Below, one piece after another: positions 52,216 through 62,977 of a stretch of DNA of 64,000 nt. The DNA is from Amoebophrya sp. A120 (Eukaryota; Protista; Dinoflagellata). Positions within the stretch are counted from its first letter, which is position 1, and each line of letters opens with the position of its first letter. The stretch spans positions 11,501,114 through 11,565,113 of the forward strand of contig CAJINV010000004.1 of assembly GCA_905178155.1 (NCBI GenBank). The letters run 5' to 3'. The notes under the pieces are model-generated. The model was not told where the DNA came from and did no database searches. It saw only the letters and a program-made list of their open reading frames with translations. A program made the position numbers and the translations under genes.

Positions 52216-53239
52216 GACGAAGCGGCTATTTGATCTGTTCGGCCTGGATACAGGTACGAGTGTTTGTTTGGAACGGGTCTATTTCTAATTGTGATACAGC
52301 GTCGTCGTGTTTTTAATGTCGAATCGCGATGATGAACTACGAAGAAATATTATGAAATCATTTAACAGGTCGGCGCTCGTCTGGAATTTTGGCAATGGAG
52401 TGTCTATTCGGGTCCTGTTATTTTCATCGATTTCTGGTAACGCCACACGGCTGCCGTGGCTCTACAATTCATTTCTCGAATCCGACAAGCTACGATTCTG
52501 GAAGACTCGTGCGTGTTTTTTGATGGAGAACAACGTCTTTACCTCTATCGCAAAAAAGGTTTCTGGCAGAATTGATGTCGTCGGTCACTTATTTGAATTT
52601 TCCCATTTTCGATAAATTTGTTGTTTTGAACGAGCTCTTATCATTCCACCAACTAAAAAGCCTTTCGAAATAGTGAGAAGATGACGTTGAGAAATTCCCG
52701 AATTTTGACGGAAGGTCCGAATCGAAATAGTAACGAAAATTACTCATAGTGGCGGTGGTGCGTAGCTGTTTCTAGACACTGCGCGCAAGTCCCCTTGCTT
52801 CTGTTCGCCTGTCATGAAGATCTGGAACAGAAACTGACAAAACATGCTACCCATAATTCTCCGTGCTCTAATTCGTGTGAACCGTCGGCTGGCGAACGCC
52901 AGGGGTCGTATTCGTGGTCGCTTTTCATACAACGCAAGGACATGTCGTGGGTGTACCTGCACCAGTTTTATCGTTTTAAAAGTCGTGGGCGCAGCTGCTC
53001 AGTCGTAATTTAGAAGATGCATCGACGATAGTTTTCGGCAGCTCCTCGGTTGAATTCTAAGCGCTGCCAAGAATGGGCATCTGAAGCGAAGCTTTTTTGT
53101 TAATGAACAGCAGAAGGTTCTTTTCTTGATGAAGGTGGGGCAAAACAAAAACCACTGTTAAACTCTGGCGGAGCAGCCCAAAAGATCTGTTTACCGTAAT
53201 ATCTGTGATTTGATTCGAAGATCAATACCATAAGTACAT

Positions 53240-53935
53240 ATGTTGCTCCGTGGCGTAGAGGGACAGGAGGTTGTCTCGACGGGCGTAGAGAATCACGACT
53301 CCGTCGTCGGGTGTGGGCACTGTCTGGACGCGTGCTTCACGTGTAGCCAGAACCAGTATGTTGGTAACTACACGACGACACCTGCTGTACTCTCGAATGC
53401 CACGACGAGCCCTACTAGCATGACCACCAACGTGACAGACGTTCTGCTCTCGAACGCGACAAAAGTAGCAGACGTCGTGCTTTCGAACGCGAGCAGTGCA
53501 GCGGCGGAAAATGTCCTTAATAACGTGACCACCAACGCGACGGATAGTCTCGTGGAAAACTATGCGACGAACGTAACGGGGGTCGCGGTGGAGCAGAATG
53601 TCACCGGGGTTGTCCGGATGCAGAAGGCGATCGCCACCGTTTTCTGCTGCAACGAGAGCCTCGAAGAGCTGAACCCGCTGCTGTTTTTCTGCGGGCTTTT
53701 GATCCAGATCGTGCTGTGCGCCACTTGCTGCTGCGTGTTGCTGCCGTGGTTGTGCAAGAAGGTGGTCTTCGGAAGTGGTGGCCGGGGAGGGGGTCGAGGT
53801 GCGGTGCGGGGGCACGAGCGGCTCGAGGAGAAGGATGGCTTGCTCGACGCGGACGACAACGGCTACGTCGTGGGTACAACGTACGAGGAAAGCTACGAGT
53901 ACTACACCACGAACACGAACACGTACAATTATTAA
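53240..53935 (+). CDS. Single-pass surface glycoprotein-like protein, 5' end uncertain
   Basis: Repeated N-x-T/S sequons in roughly 11-aa repeats (VLLSNATKVAD), Cys-rich transmembrane segment, Tyr-rich tail. Confidence 0.65.
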   Translation: MLLRGVEGQEVVSTGVENHDSVVGCGHCLDACFTCSQNQYVGNYTTTPAVLSNATTSPTSMTTNVTDVLLSNATKVADVVLSNASSAAAENVLNNVTTNATDSLVENYATNVTGVAVEQNVTGVVRMQKAIATVFCCNESLEELNPLLFFCGLLIQIVLCATCCCVLLPWLCKKVVFGSGGRGGGRGAVRGHERLEEKDGLLDADDNGYVVGTTYEESYEYYTTNTNTYNY

Positions 53936-54881
53936 TGACCGTGGCGCGAGGAGGACCACGGCAACTATGAGAGGGAAGATGAAATCGATAAAATAAAGGT
54001 TAAGGTTTGACTATGTATTTCTTTGTCTTTGCCATGTTTGCATTTGATTCCATCATGAGACGATTTCATACACAAAATTGACTTGTAAAGTAGATTGATA
54101 GGTTTGGTTGGCTCGAGGTGTTTCATGGTTTTTTTACAACTGACAGCAGTATGGATTTCTATAGCGTTTAGACGACTTTCAAGGAGACTATGGATCTTTT
54201 TTTCTCACCGCACGAAAAACGAAAAGATCAAATAAACCACTACTCACGACGACGTACACGGCTTCGGAAGTGGTGAGAAGTGTATTTATGCCCAAAAACC
54301 ACCTGCGAGGTAGTCGGTAGAAAATTGTCCGTATGTTACTTCGTTTCAACAATGAGATCCTCAAGGCGTGGAAGCAGGATCAAAATTGGAAAGCACGCCA
54401 GGAGCTGTCTGATCCTGATAATGCAAAGCAGTCAAGTCTTCAAAGAAAGCGATGATCCATAAAGAAGTTGTCAACAAAATTCGCTCGGTTTGGGTTTTGC
54501 TGCTACAGTGTAGATGTACGTTCTTGATCCCGAGAATTTTCTTCCGGTTGACGTTTCATTCAGTGCCGAAAAATCGGGACCATTTCTCAACAGCAGCGAC
54601 AAGGGCAGTTTGGTACAACGACATACTGCCACTATCGGTAGAAACGACTTCTACGACTACTCTCTGAATAACAAAAGTAAAAGATATTTTTTGACAAAAC
54701 TGACTAAGGAGAGAACTTTTCACACGTAAGTAACATGATCCCCTTTTTCAACAAGTACGTGTGAAGTTTACAAAGTGAGACACGAGATGAATTTATAAGC
54801 AATTGAGATTGTTTACAGCATGTAACCCAAATATATACGATAAATTACTTAGACTTATTCATATTAATCAGAATAACTACA

Positions 54882-57800
54882 ATGGCACTCCCCAAAGCCG
54901 TGTTCCGAACGAGGCCCCGATCCACCCGCGAGCAGCTGCTGGATGCAGCCAACGCCGCGGAGCCTATTTGTTTCGAGACCGTGCCCAGCACGTTTTCAGA
55001 CCGCTCGCTTTACTACCAAATCTGCTCCGCCAATGTCAAAGCCGAGTTTCTGTCCGCCCTCTACGAGGCCCGGGGCGGGCAACTGCGGTTCCGGGTCTGC
55101 GATCCGGTGAACCGATGGACTTCCCGCGGGAAAACGTACGTGGAAGTTGAACCGGTGGGATTTGCGAGGAGAAAACGAAATAATGGCAAGAAAGGTACTA
55201 TCAAAGAGTCTTCTTCAACTCCTGCTCCTCGTCCTTGTGGTGGTGGTGTTCTAGTACCGCTGACCGACGACCAGCAGGACGACAACCATCATCCTTCCAC
55301 TTGTGCAACTACTACGCCATCGAACAGTAATATTAGAGATGAGGATGTTGAGCGTGAGCCAGAAGTGGTCGTGCAAGTGGCAGGTGTAGGTGGTGTTGTG
55401 GCGACGAATAAAATTGAAGGAGCTTCTGGAACTGCAGGGACAACTACTTCAAATAAAGCCGGGACCACTACTAGTTCTTCATCGCGTGCGGAGGACACGT
55501 TGGACCAACTTGCGAATATCCGGGACAACGTGGCAGTGAAGATAAACACAGACGATTTTTATGGAGATCAGAAGAAACTCTGCAACAGCACTCCGAGGAA
55601 CAAGATGACAAAAAATACTACCAATAAAGAGGAAATAACCGAACAGCAGCATGATGGTACAACCCCCAAACGCGAGTACATTCTCCTCACTGCCGTGGAG
55701 GAAACCACCCAAACCAAATACGAAGACCCGCAAACCCCCGAGCAAAAAGAGGAAAACGCCCGTCGGCGCATCTTCGTGCGCGCGGTGGGTCTCGAACAGT
55801 TCACCGGCAAGCGGCTGGCGAAAGGTGCGAGAGGTGGAGAGATGTTCGACGTGATCGCTTTCGTCGGCGACTACATCGCGCGGTATGACTGCGCATCTCA
55901 CCGGTTGTCGGATCCGACGTGTCGCACACCGTTGGAAGACGCGCTACTCCGGCCGGGCAAGCAGCCGCGGGGGACTTTGCGAAAAATCCCAAATGCGGAC
56001 GCTCTGTTAGCGTGTCAGGGCGAGCTCCCGATCAATGCGTCGCAAACGGAGGCGGTGAACTCGTTTACGAAAAGGATATCCGTCATCGAGGGGCCGCCGG
56101 GAACCGGGAAGAGCACGACGATCTACCACATTTTGCGGGCCTACGTCATGCAGCAGGAGGGAAATTGTATTTCTTCGTCTAAGGAGCGTGATGTTTACGG
56201 TATGGAACATCTCTTATCCGGCTCTTCCCTCTGTGCGACCGGCGGCAGAAGCAGAGCAACTTCCGTGACACAGCAGTTCACCAAGGCAATACAGGCTGTG
56301 TTGAATGCATCGCCTTCGAGAAGCTGCGGGCACTTGCAGAAGCCGGGAACAAGTACCAGAAGTGCGTTTGGCAGTACCGATTCAATGATGGCAAATAGTT
56401 CTTGTGTAAGAAATAAACCTACTACATCTTCTCTACCGTCTTTGTCCGCCGCGAGGGAGGAGGTTCAGGTTGCGCAAGAAAATAAATCTGTCCGTCCTCC
56501 CCGGGAGCGGTTCCAAAAAGCCGAGAAGGCGGCATTGGTGACTTGTGTGACGAACCAGGCGGTTAACGCGGTGATGGAAAAACTCGGACCACTGGACCAA
56601 CACGGGGTCAAGTCCCTCGTCCTCGGGAATCCGAGCAAGATCGGAGCCGCCGCGGCGGCGTTCACGCTGGAAGAGAAGGCGAGAAACGATGTGTGGTGCC
56701 TGTTTATGAAAAAAGCCTCAACTCTCTTCAATAAGATGCGCAACGCGGTGGACAGCGCGCAGCGGTCGAGGGTGAATCGCTTGCTGGGCGGCGAGGGTGA
56801 GACAGCAAACCTTCCAGGTTTATATCCCGCTAGTGAGCAGAAGAAGACGAAACAGAACATCAAAGTACGGGACACCGGACTCCACTATCCGGAGCCCGCC
56901 CCCGGCCTTTCCAAGTCTCGCCTATCCTCCTTCGACATCCGATATGCCTTTTCGAAGAATTTCCCGGAAAAGTACGAGGAACTTGAAAAACAGAACAAGG
57001 AGCTTCTCGACAAGAAATTGAAAAAAGCGAAAAAATTTTTAGAAATTTGCTCCGCGCGCGACGAATGCACCGCGGAATTCGAGAAAGAACTGGAAAAAGC
57101 GCATTTGGAAGTCGTCGACGCGGTCCGGAGAAAGATCGCGCGGGCCTTTGTGGAGAATCATAAGTACAAGAAGACGGAGAAGTTGCGGCGTCTATTTTGC
57201 AAGTGTGTGTCGAAAATCAATCACTTTTCCTCCTACTTGAAGCTCACCGCGGAGTGCCGTATCGTCCGGGAAACGAACGTGTTTCTCTTCACCATCGCTT
57301 CTGCACACCAAATGCTGCGGCTCCGCCGGGAGTATGAGGAGGACTTCCCGAGCCGGATGGTGATGGGCATTTTGGACGAAGCGGGGGCGACGGCGGAAAC
57401 TTACATCCCCTTGGTGCTGGAGACGGAAATCGAGAACTTGATCTTGCTCGGCGACCAGCGCCAGCTCCGGCCGTTGGTGATCGCGCCGGACGAGGAGAAC
57501 ATCGACGCGAAGCAGGTGAACCGCAGTCTGTTGGAGCGTATGCATTGCGAATATGTCTGGGTCTGGAAGGATGCGAACTTGTGATGCGCATTTCACAACA
57601 CAGACAAATCTCTCATGCATAGGCAGCAAAAGGTGCCCACTTACTGTCACCAAAATGGGGGATTCGTCATGCGGATTAAGCAATGCGGAAGCTTTTCGAA
57701 ATCTGTGATGCTAGGGCTTCCATGACAGACATTTAGTGTCATGCAAAAACAGCATGACAAAAATCTGCATTCTTCCAGACCCAGACACTTTTGCATTTGA

Positions 57801-59725
57801 TAGAGCGGTGCGTCAACTGCAACAGCGGCAGCACCATGTTGCGAGAACAGTACAGGATGCCAAGGAAGTTGTGCAATTTGGTATCCACGTTGTTCTACGA
57901 CTCCAAGTTGATCACGCCCGCGGCAAAAGTGGAGAAACTAGTTCCAGAAAACCAACTGCGGTGGGTCGACTGCGGTCGGGAAGACGAGATGCAAGTGGGC
58001 ACGAGTTACGTAGCGCCGCTGCAGGTGGTGGCCGCGGTATGTCTGCTGTTGGGGCACGTGAGTTGTACTCGCTCTACTACTTCTGCTGCAGTAATAAAAC
58101 AAAAAGTGGGGACGACCACTCCTGCTGCAGCTTCGGCTACCAGCAAAAGCATGCCGGCGTTAGAGGAGGCCGCGACAGGAGCAGTTTTGTCCACGAGCAC
58201 GACGGCCGAGACGCCTTCGAGTAGTAGCACAACCCCCTTCTCGTCGGAAGGTGCAGAAGGGAGTAGTGACGGAGAAATAAGCAAGTCGAAGTCCAGTTTT
58301 TCGGGCAGTTTCTTGGAGAAGACGGACGAAAATGAAAATTCTACAACGAATTGTTCAGTGGAAAGAACATCAGCGACATTGGAAACTGAAGAACATCAAC
58401 CCGCAGTAAAATCTTCTGTCGACTTCCTCTCCGATGCGAAGGCGGAGGTGATGATCATCTGCATGTACTTGCCCCAAATGCGCCTGCTCCGCGCGGCCCT
58501 CCCGGCGTCGCTCCTCCAAAGACCGGGCTTCCGGATTGTCACGGTCGATGCGGCGCAAGGCACGGAAGCCGACCACGTGGTCCTAATTGCGGGGAGGTGC
58601 AACCCCTGGGCCAAGGTCGGGTTCACCAAGGTGAAGAACCGCCTCAACGTGGCGATTTCGCGCGCGAAGCAGAGTTTGACCGTGATCGGATGTGAACAAA
58701 CCATGCGGAGCGACCGGAATTGGCGACAACTGATTGAATCCTGCACGCCGTTCGACTGGCCGGCTGCGGTCACGTGCGGCGAACCGGGACTGGAGCGCCG
58801 AGGAAACAATACGAAAGCCGGCACGGGTTTTATTTCAGGATCGTTGTCGAAAAAGACTCTAGTGTCGCTGGTATCTGCAGCGGATGCGCAGGCGGTCAGC
58901 GATAATGTGGCGAAAATAATGTCGACGCAGTTTGCTAATGCACAATCTCTGGAACAAACAAGTTGCGGGAACACCCCGAGGAGCTGGAATAGCACGCCGA
59001 GAAATCAACAAGGGAAGAAGGGCGCCGGGAAATCAACTGGCACAGGAAAAAATAATGGAGCGCAAGAAGGTCCTGACGAAAGCAAGAGCAATACATTCTT
59101 TTCATTTAGTGGAAATGGTGAGAAAAAAGGCAAGAAAAGCAAGGGCAAAGGGAAGAACGGCGACAAGCAGAGCAAGGGTAAGGGAAAAGGGCAAGGGCAA
59201 AGCAAAATAGACAACAAGATACTGCCGAAGGTTGAGAAAATAACACCCGCTCTACTGGGAAAAGACGACGATGAAAGCAGTACGGAAGAGCCTCTCGTCT
59301 CCGACCGTGCAGCCCTTCGTTCTCGGGACTCTCGCCTGAAACAAAAAGGTTGGATCAAGGTTTACTTTAGCACCACGGAAGCGAACGCGGCCCTGATTGA
59401 GCAAAACGGGAACAAGCTTCTAGGCGGCGCGCAAAACGACCCAAGCAAAGGGTTTTTTCTCACCACGAACCCCCGCCTTGCGTCTGGAGGCGTTGTGTAC
59501 AAAGTCCTGGCCCGCCTTGGTGCGATAGAAAGGCGAGGTTTTGGTAAGAAATCGTTGCCACGCGGGTTTGCGAACCTTTCGAGCCGGGGAAAGGATTCCG
59601 AGGAACTGAGCCCGGTAGTTTGGATGGTCTACCACACGGACCAGGTGAAGATCCTGTGCCTAGATAGAGAATTGACTGATTACGCCGCTGCCCAGTTGTC
59701 GGACAGCTGGTCTGATAGTTCTTAA
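54882..59725 (+). CDS. UPF1/DNA2-like superfamily 1 helicase with a degenerate C-terminal ADP-ribosyltransferase-like domain; 2 exons
   Basis: NASQ...IEGPPGTGKST, TNQAVN, ILDEAG, LGDQRQLRP, SLLER...LREQYRM, TVDAAQGTEAD and RLNVAISRAK. Introner 57539-57802 splits SLLER. Confidence 0.9.
57539..57802. mobile_element. Introner family A, opposite orientation
   Basis: TSD GAGCG/GAGCG. Removal gives SLLERCVNC. Confidence 0.92.
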
Positions 59726-60303
59726 CCAGTGCCACTACACACGGGCACGGGGTGGCTAAGTACTTGCACTTACGATCATGCCAAACGAGAACATAGAAGA
59801 TAAGTGGAAAAAGCTGTGCAGCATCAGACAAACTGAGCTTATCAAGGAGCAAGCCGCTGAGCAGGAGCACTAGCCAGCAGCGTTCTTGTATGATGGTTTT
59901 AATGGTTGCTTTTTATCCTGGGCCTTGATGAAAAAATACGCCCAAAAATCGTTTTTGACAAAAGTAGTGTAAAATCATTCCAAAAAACGAGAACATTCAT
60001 TCTGGCGAACTTTACTGTACGAGTACGACACGATTTTCTGAGGAGAGCCTGAAGCACACGACACACGACTACGCGCTTCCTCCTCGACAAAACAAAGATA
60101 TTCGAACAAAAAGGGTCGAGACCGAGTCTTGCAAACCGAAAACCGGTAATCAATACGTTTGTTCCACCGCCCCAGGGTAAGCCGTCCCTTCGTGTTTAAG
60201 TTCTTTGCTTGCTCTCCGTCCTTGATCTGTCGCGCCAAAGTTTGATATTAAGGTCTTCTTTGCGGAAGATGTTCAAAAATCTTTCCTAGATCACGATAGC
60301 TGC

Positions 60304-60924
60304 ATGATGTTGAGTGCAAAAAGCAGACGGATCATGATCGGAAAAAATGGTTTCTTCTCTCTGTTCTTTGTGTTTCTCCTTTCCACAAGCACTCTAACGC
60401 AAGTCCTCGCGTGGCGACTCCGGTCATCCAGCGTTGAAAGCACGGCGGCTGCCACTGCTACCGCGTCCTCTCGCCAGGCCGTCGATAACGAGAGCGGATT
60501 GCCAGCAGCAGGAGAAAAATCGCAATCCAGCGCCGAACGCTTCGCGCAGACCGGGTTGCTTGCCATCCGCCCTGCCACTCCGGCGGGATTGGAACATCAG
60601 CGAAAAACCACGGTCCACCGAAAGGCGAATGGGATCGTCAGAACAGAAAGCCCGCGACGGAATGAAGAGGATGATCAGGAGCATGTCGACACGGGAAAGG
60701 GCAGCAAGAGGACCCTGGCCACGTTGCCGCAAGTTGGGCAGCTGGTCTTGCTGGACAAGAAGGAAACTGCGGCGAAGAACAGCATCGGGCGATCCACGTC
60801 TTTGCCCATGCTGAGTACGTTCTGCACGGAAACCAGCGACGCTGCCAGGAGCGTCAAGCCGCCGCCGCTGCGTCCGAGGGTTTTGCCGAGGAATCCGTTT
60901 CATCCCGCCTTTTCAAAAAAGTAG
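60304..60924 (+). CDS. Hypothetical secreted protein
   Basis: Hydrophobic signal-like N-terminus followed by low-complexity sequence. Confidence 0.5.
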   Translation: MMLSAKSRRIMIGKNGFFSLFFVFLLSTSTLTQVLAWRLRSSSVESTAAATATASSRQAVDNESGLPAAGEKSQSSAERFAQTGLLAIRPATPAGLEHQRKTTVHRKANGIVRTESPRRNEEDDQEHVDTGKGSKRTLATLPQVGQLVLLDKKETAAKNSIGRSTSLPMLSTFCTETSDAARSVKPPPLRPRVLPRNPFHPAFSKK

Positions 60925-61444
60925 CGAAACATTTTTGTATGATTCTATTTTCCGGGTTTCATCACAGAAAATGAAAAAGGATAATCTCGAGATGATCAGA
61001 GTTAGGCTGGTAGTACGTGGCTGTTGCAGCAAAGCGACACGACGCGCAGCAGGAATTGCGCTTGACTTTTTGTCTCATGCAGTATAATAAGTAGGTGTAA
61101 GTCGATGTAGATCGGCCCAAGCAACAGTTGTAGTTGAGTATGCTCTGAGTGCAGTTCTTTTGTCTGCGAAACGTAACATTTGAAAATGAACGGCTGGCGC
61201 TGGGGTAAGACGCACCTCCTCCTTCAACTTAAAGTTTCATTTGCTCATGGGCTCGTATCAAGCAGAATGTTCGCGCGCCGTCGTCAAGCAGATGCTGTCA
61301 AGCTGTTTCGCTCATGCCACTGTGACCGCTTCGGTGTTTCTGTTTACTGATCAGAAGACTGAACTGCAATGTTTAGTAGCTCCTTTCGTTTCTTTGGAAA
61401 CAAAAGTGTCCCCAGAAGTGAGTTGAGCTCATTCTTCAAGCAAC

Positions 61445-62215
61445 ATGGCGCTTCCCGCTCCAGTGCAGGTGACCAGCGAAGGCTGGGTCGATATGCACCA
61501 CTGCACGGGAATTTCCGCTGCGGAGTCCATCCTCTCCAGTCGGCAATTTCGCGCTGGCACGGACGGCTACTTGGGTGGGGCGATCTACTTTTCTAAAAGT
61601 TACGAGGAGGCGATGCGGCGGGCGCAGGGGGTGAAGAACGTGGAGGAGGAACAGGTCGTCTTGTCCGCGCGGGTCTACTTGGGGAGGTGCGGGCACTTCG
61701 AGAAGGGCACGATCGTCGACGGGCCGCTGTTGAACCAGTACAAGCTCAATTCCGCCAAGGTGTTCGGGCGCGAAGACAGTTACTGTCTCGCCGACACCAA
61801 CAAGTACCGCGCGGACCCGCTGGGGCGGGTGAAGTGGATCTTTCGCTGCGATGACCTGTCGGAGACTGAGACCGACTGCACAAAGGTAGCATGTAGGATA
61901 GCGTATGTCGAGTGCGGTGTGTGCTACCTGAAGAAGGTATTGGAGCGGACCTACGACGCGCACGTGGCGGAATTCGGGGATGACGGAATCGGAGCAGTTG
62001 ATCTGGTTGCCGGCACCTTCGCGAGACCGGCAACTGCTGGTAAGTCGCTTGGGCCGAAGCAGTTGCGAAACGAAGCGGGCGGCGGTAGGGGTCAGGAAAG
62101 CGAGTGCGTTCTTTTGCGGTACAAGGCCGGCTGCCAGATTTGCCAGAAGTACGGTCCCTCACAGGACAGCGCGGAGCTTGTACAAAAGTTGAAAAAGAAT
62201 AAGAAAAGCGATTGA
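61445..62215 (+). CDS. PARP-catalytic-like / Gig2-like ADP-ribosyltransferase fold protein with Cys-rich tail
   Basis: MHHCTGISAAESILSSRQFRAGTDGYLGGAIYFS...VVLSARVYLG matches the H-x-T...G-x-LG-x-(G/A)-x-Y-F pattern. Confidence 0.65.
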   Translation: MALPAPVQVTSEGWVDMHHCTGISAAESILSSRQFRAGTDGYLGGAIYFSKSYEEAMRRAQGVKNVEEEQVVLSARVYLGRCGHFEKGTIVDGPLLNQYKLNSAKVFGREDSYCLADTNKYRADPLGRVKWIFRCDDLSETETDCTKVACRIAYVECGVCYLKKVLERTYDAHVAEFGDDGIGAVDLVAGTFARPATAGKSLGPKQLRNEAGGGRGQESECVLLRYKAGCQICQKYGPSQDSAELVQKLKKNKKSD

Positions 62216-62977
62216 ACCATTCCGCAAGTGACGAACTAATCATTCCGAAATTCCGATTCTGTTGAAACTTGTTTTTTCCAGCGAAGTTGTACATCACAAT
62301 TCTAAATCTAAAGCATTTAATTCAGATACAGATTTTCATGATACTCAGTCCCTGTCCCGAGTAGATGATTCTTCTTTTTGTGTATGGGTTCCTTGAAGTT
62401 TTTTTTTTGAATATGAAATGCGGCACAAGCTCTTTGACCACTTTGACATGTGTTCAGGCAAGAAAAGTCAGCGGAGACATCCATCATGATGTGCTTTAGA
62501 GCTGACTTTGTTCATACCGTCGATTTGGGGTGTATGATAGGAAAGAATGAGTCAGGGTAACTGCGTGCGTTCAACAGATATTTCCATTCCATCTGATATT
62601 GGCAGCGGAGCACTAAGGCTGAACGTAGAAGATCGTGAGAGATTGGAGAAGTTCCATGCAAGTTGTCGCAGCGATGCTACCCGCACCGCCTGAGCTTGTC
62701 TCTATGTGAGGCGTGAGCCGCACACCGCGAACGCTTTTTGTGAATCAGTATTGTAAGCATTGCCTTCGAATTCGATTCCTGTGACTTATAGGTCTGGAGC
62801 TGGTCTCACACGCACGTTTACGCCCGTAGTGTAATGACCTAGGGAATATGAACGAACAGTAAGAATAACGCATTATAGAAACGCATTGTACTTATTTTAC
62901 GCCAGCGCGCTGCGATCAGGCTTTCAAAAAGACACGCACAGAAAAGTTTTCGAAAGTTCGATTGATTTTTCGACAAA

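Noticed and set aside
52969-53232. Possible further TAT...ATA introner upstream of ORF 53240
   Set aside because: Flanks AGTTT/AGTAC are only partly matched, there is no convincing TIR, and I could not establish a consistent upstream frame.
9743-59725. Fragmented ORFs read as pseudogenes or many small genes
   Set aside because: Every break coincides with a TSD/TIR element or a GT-AG intron whose removal restores the frame, and the exons show no stray stops.
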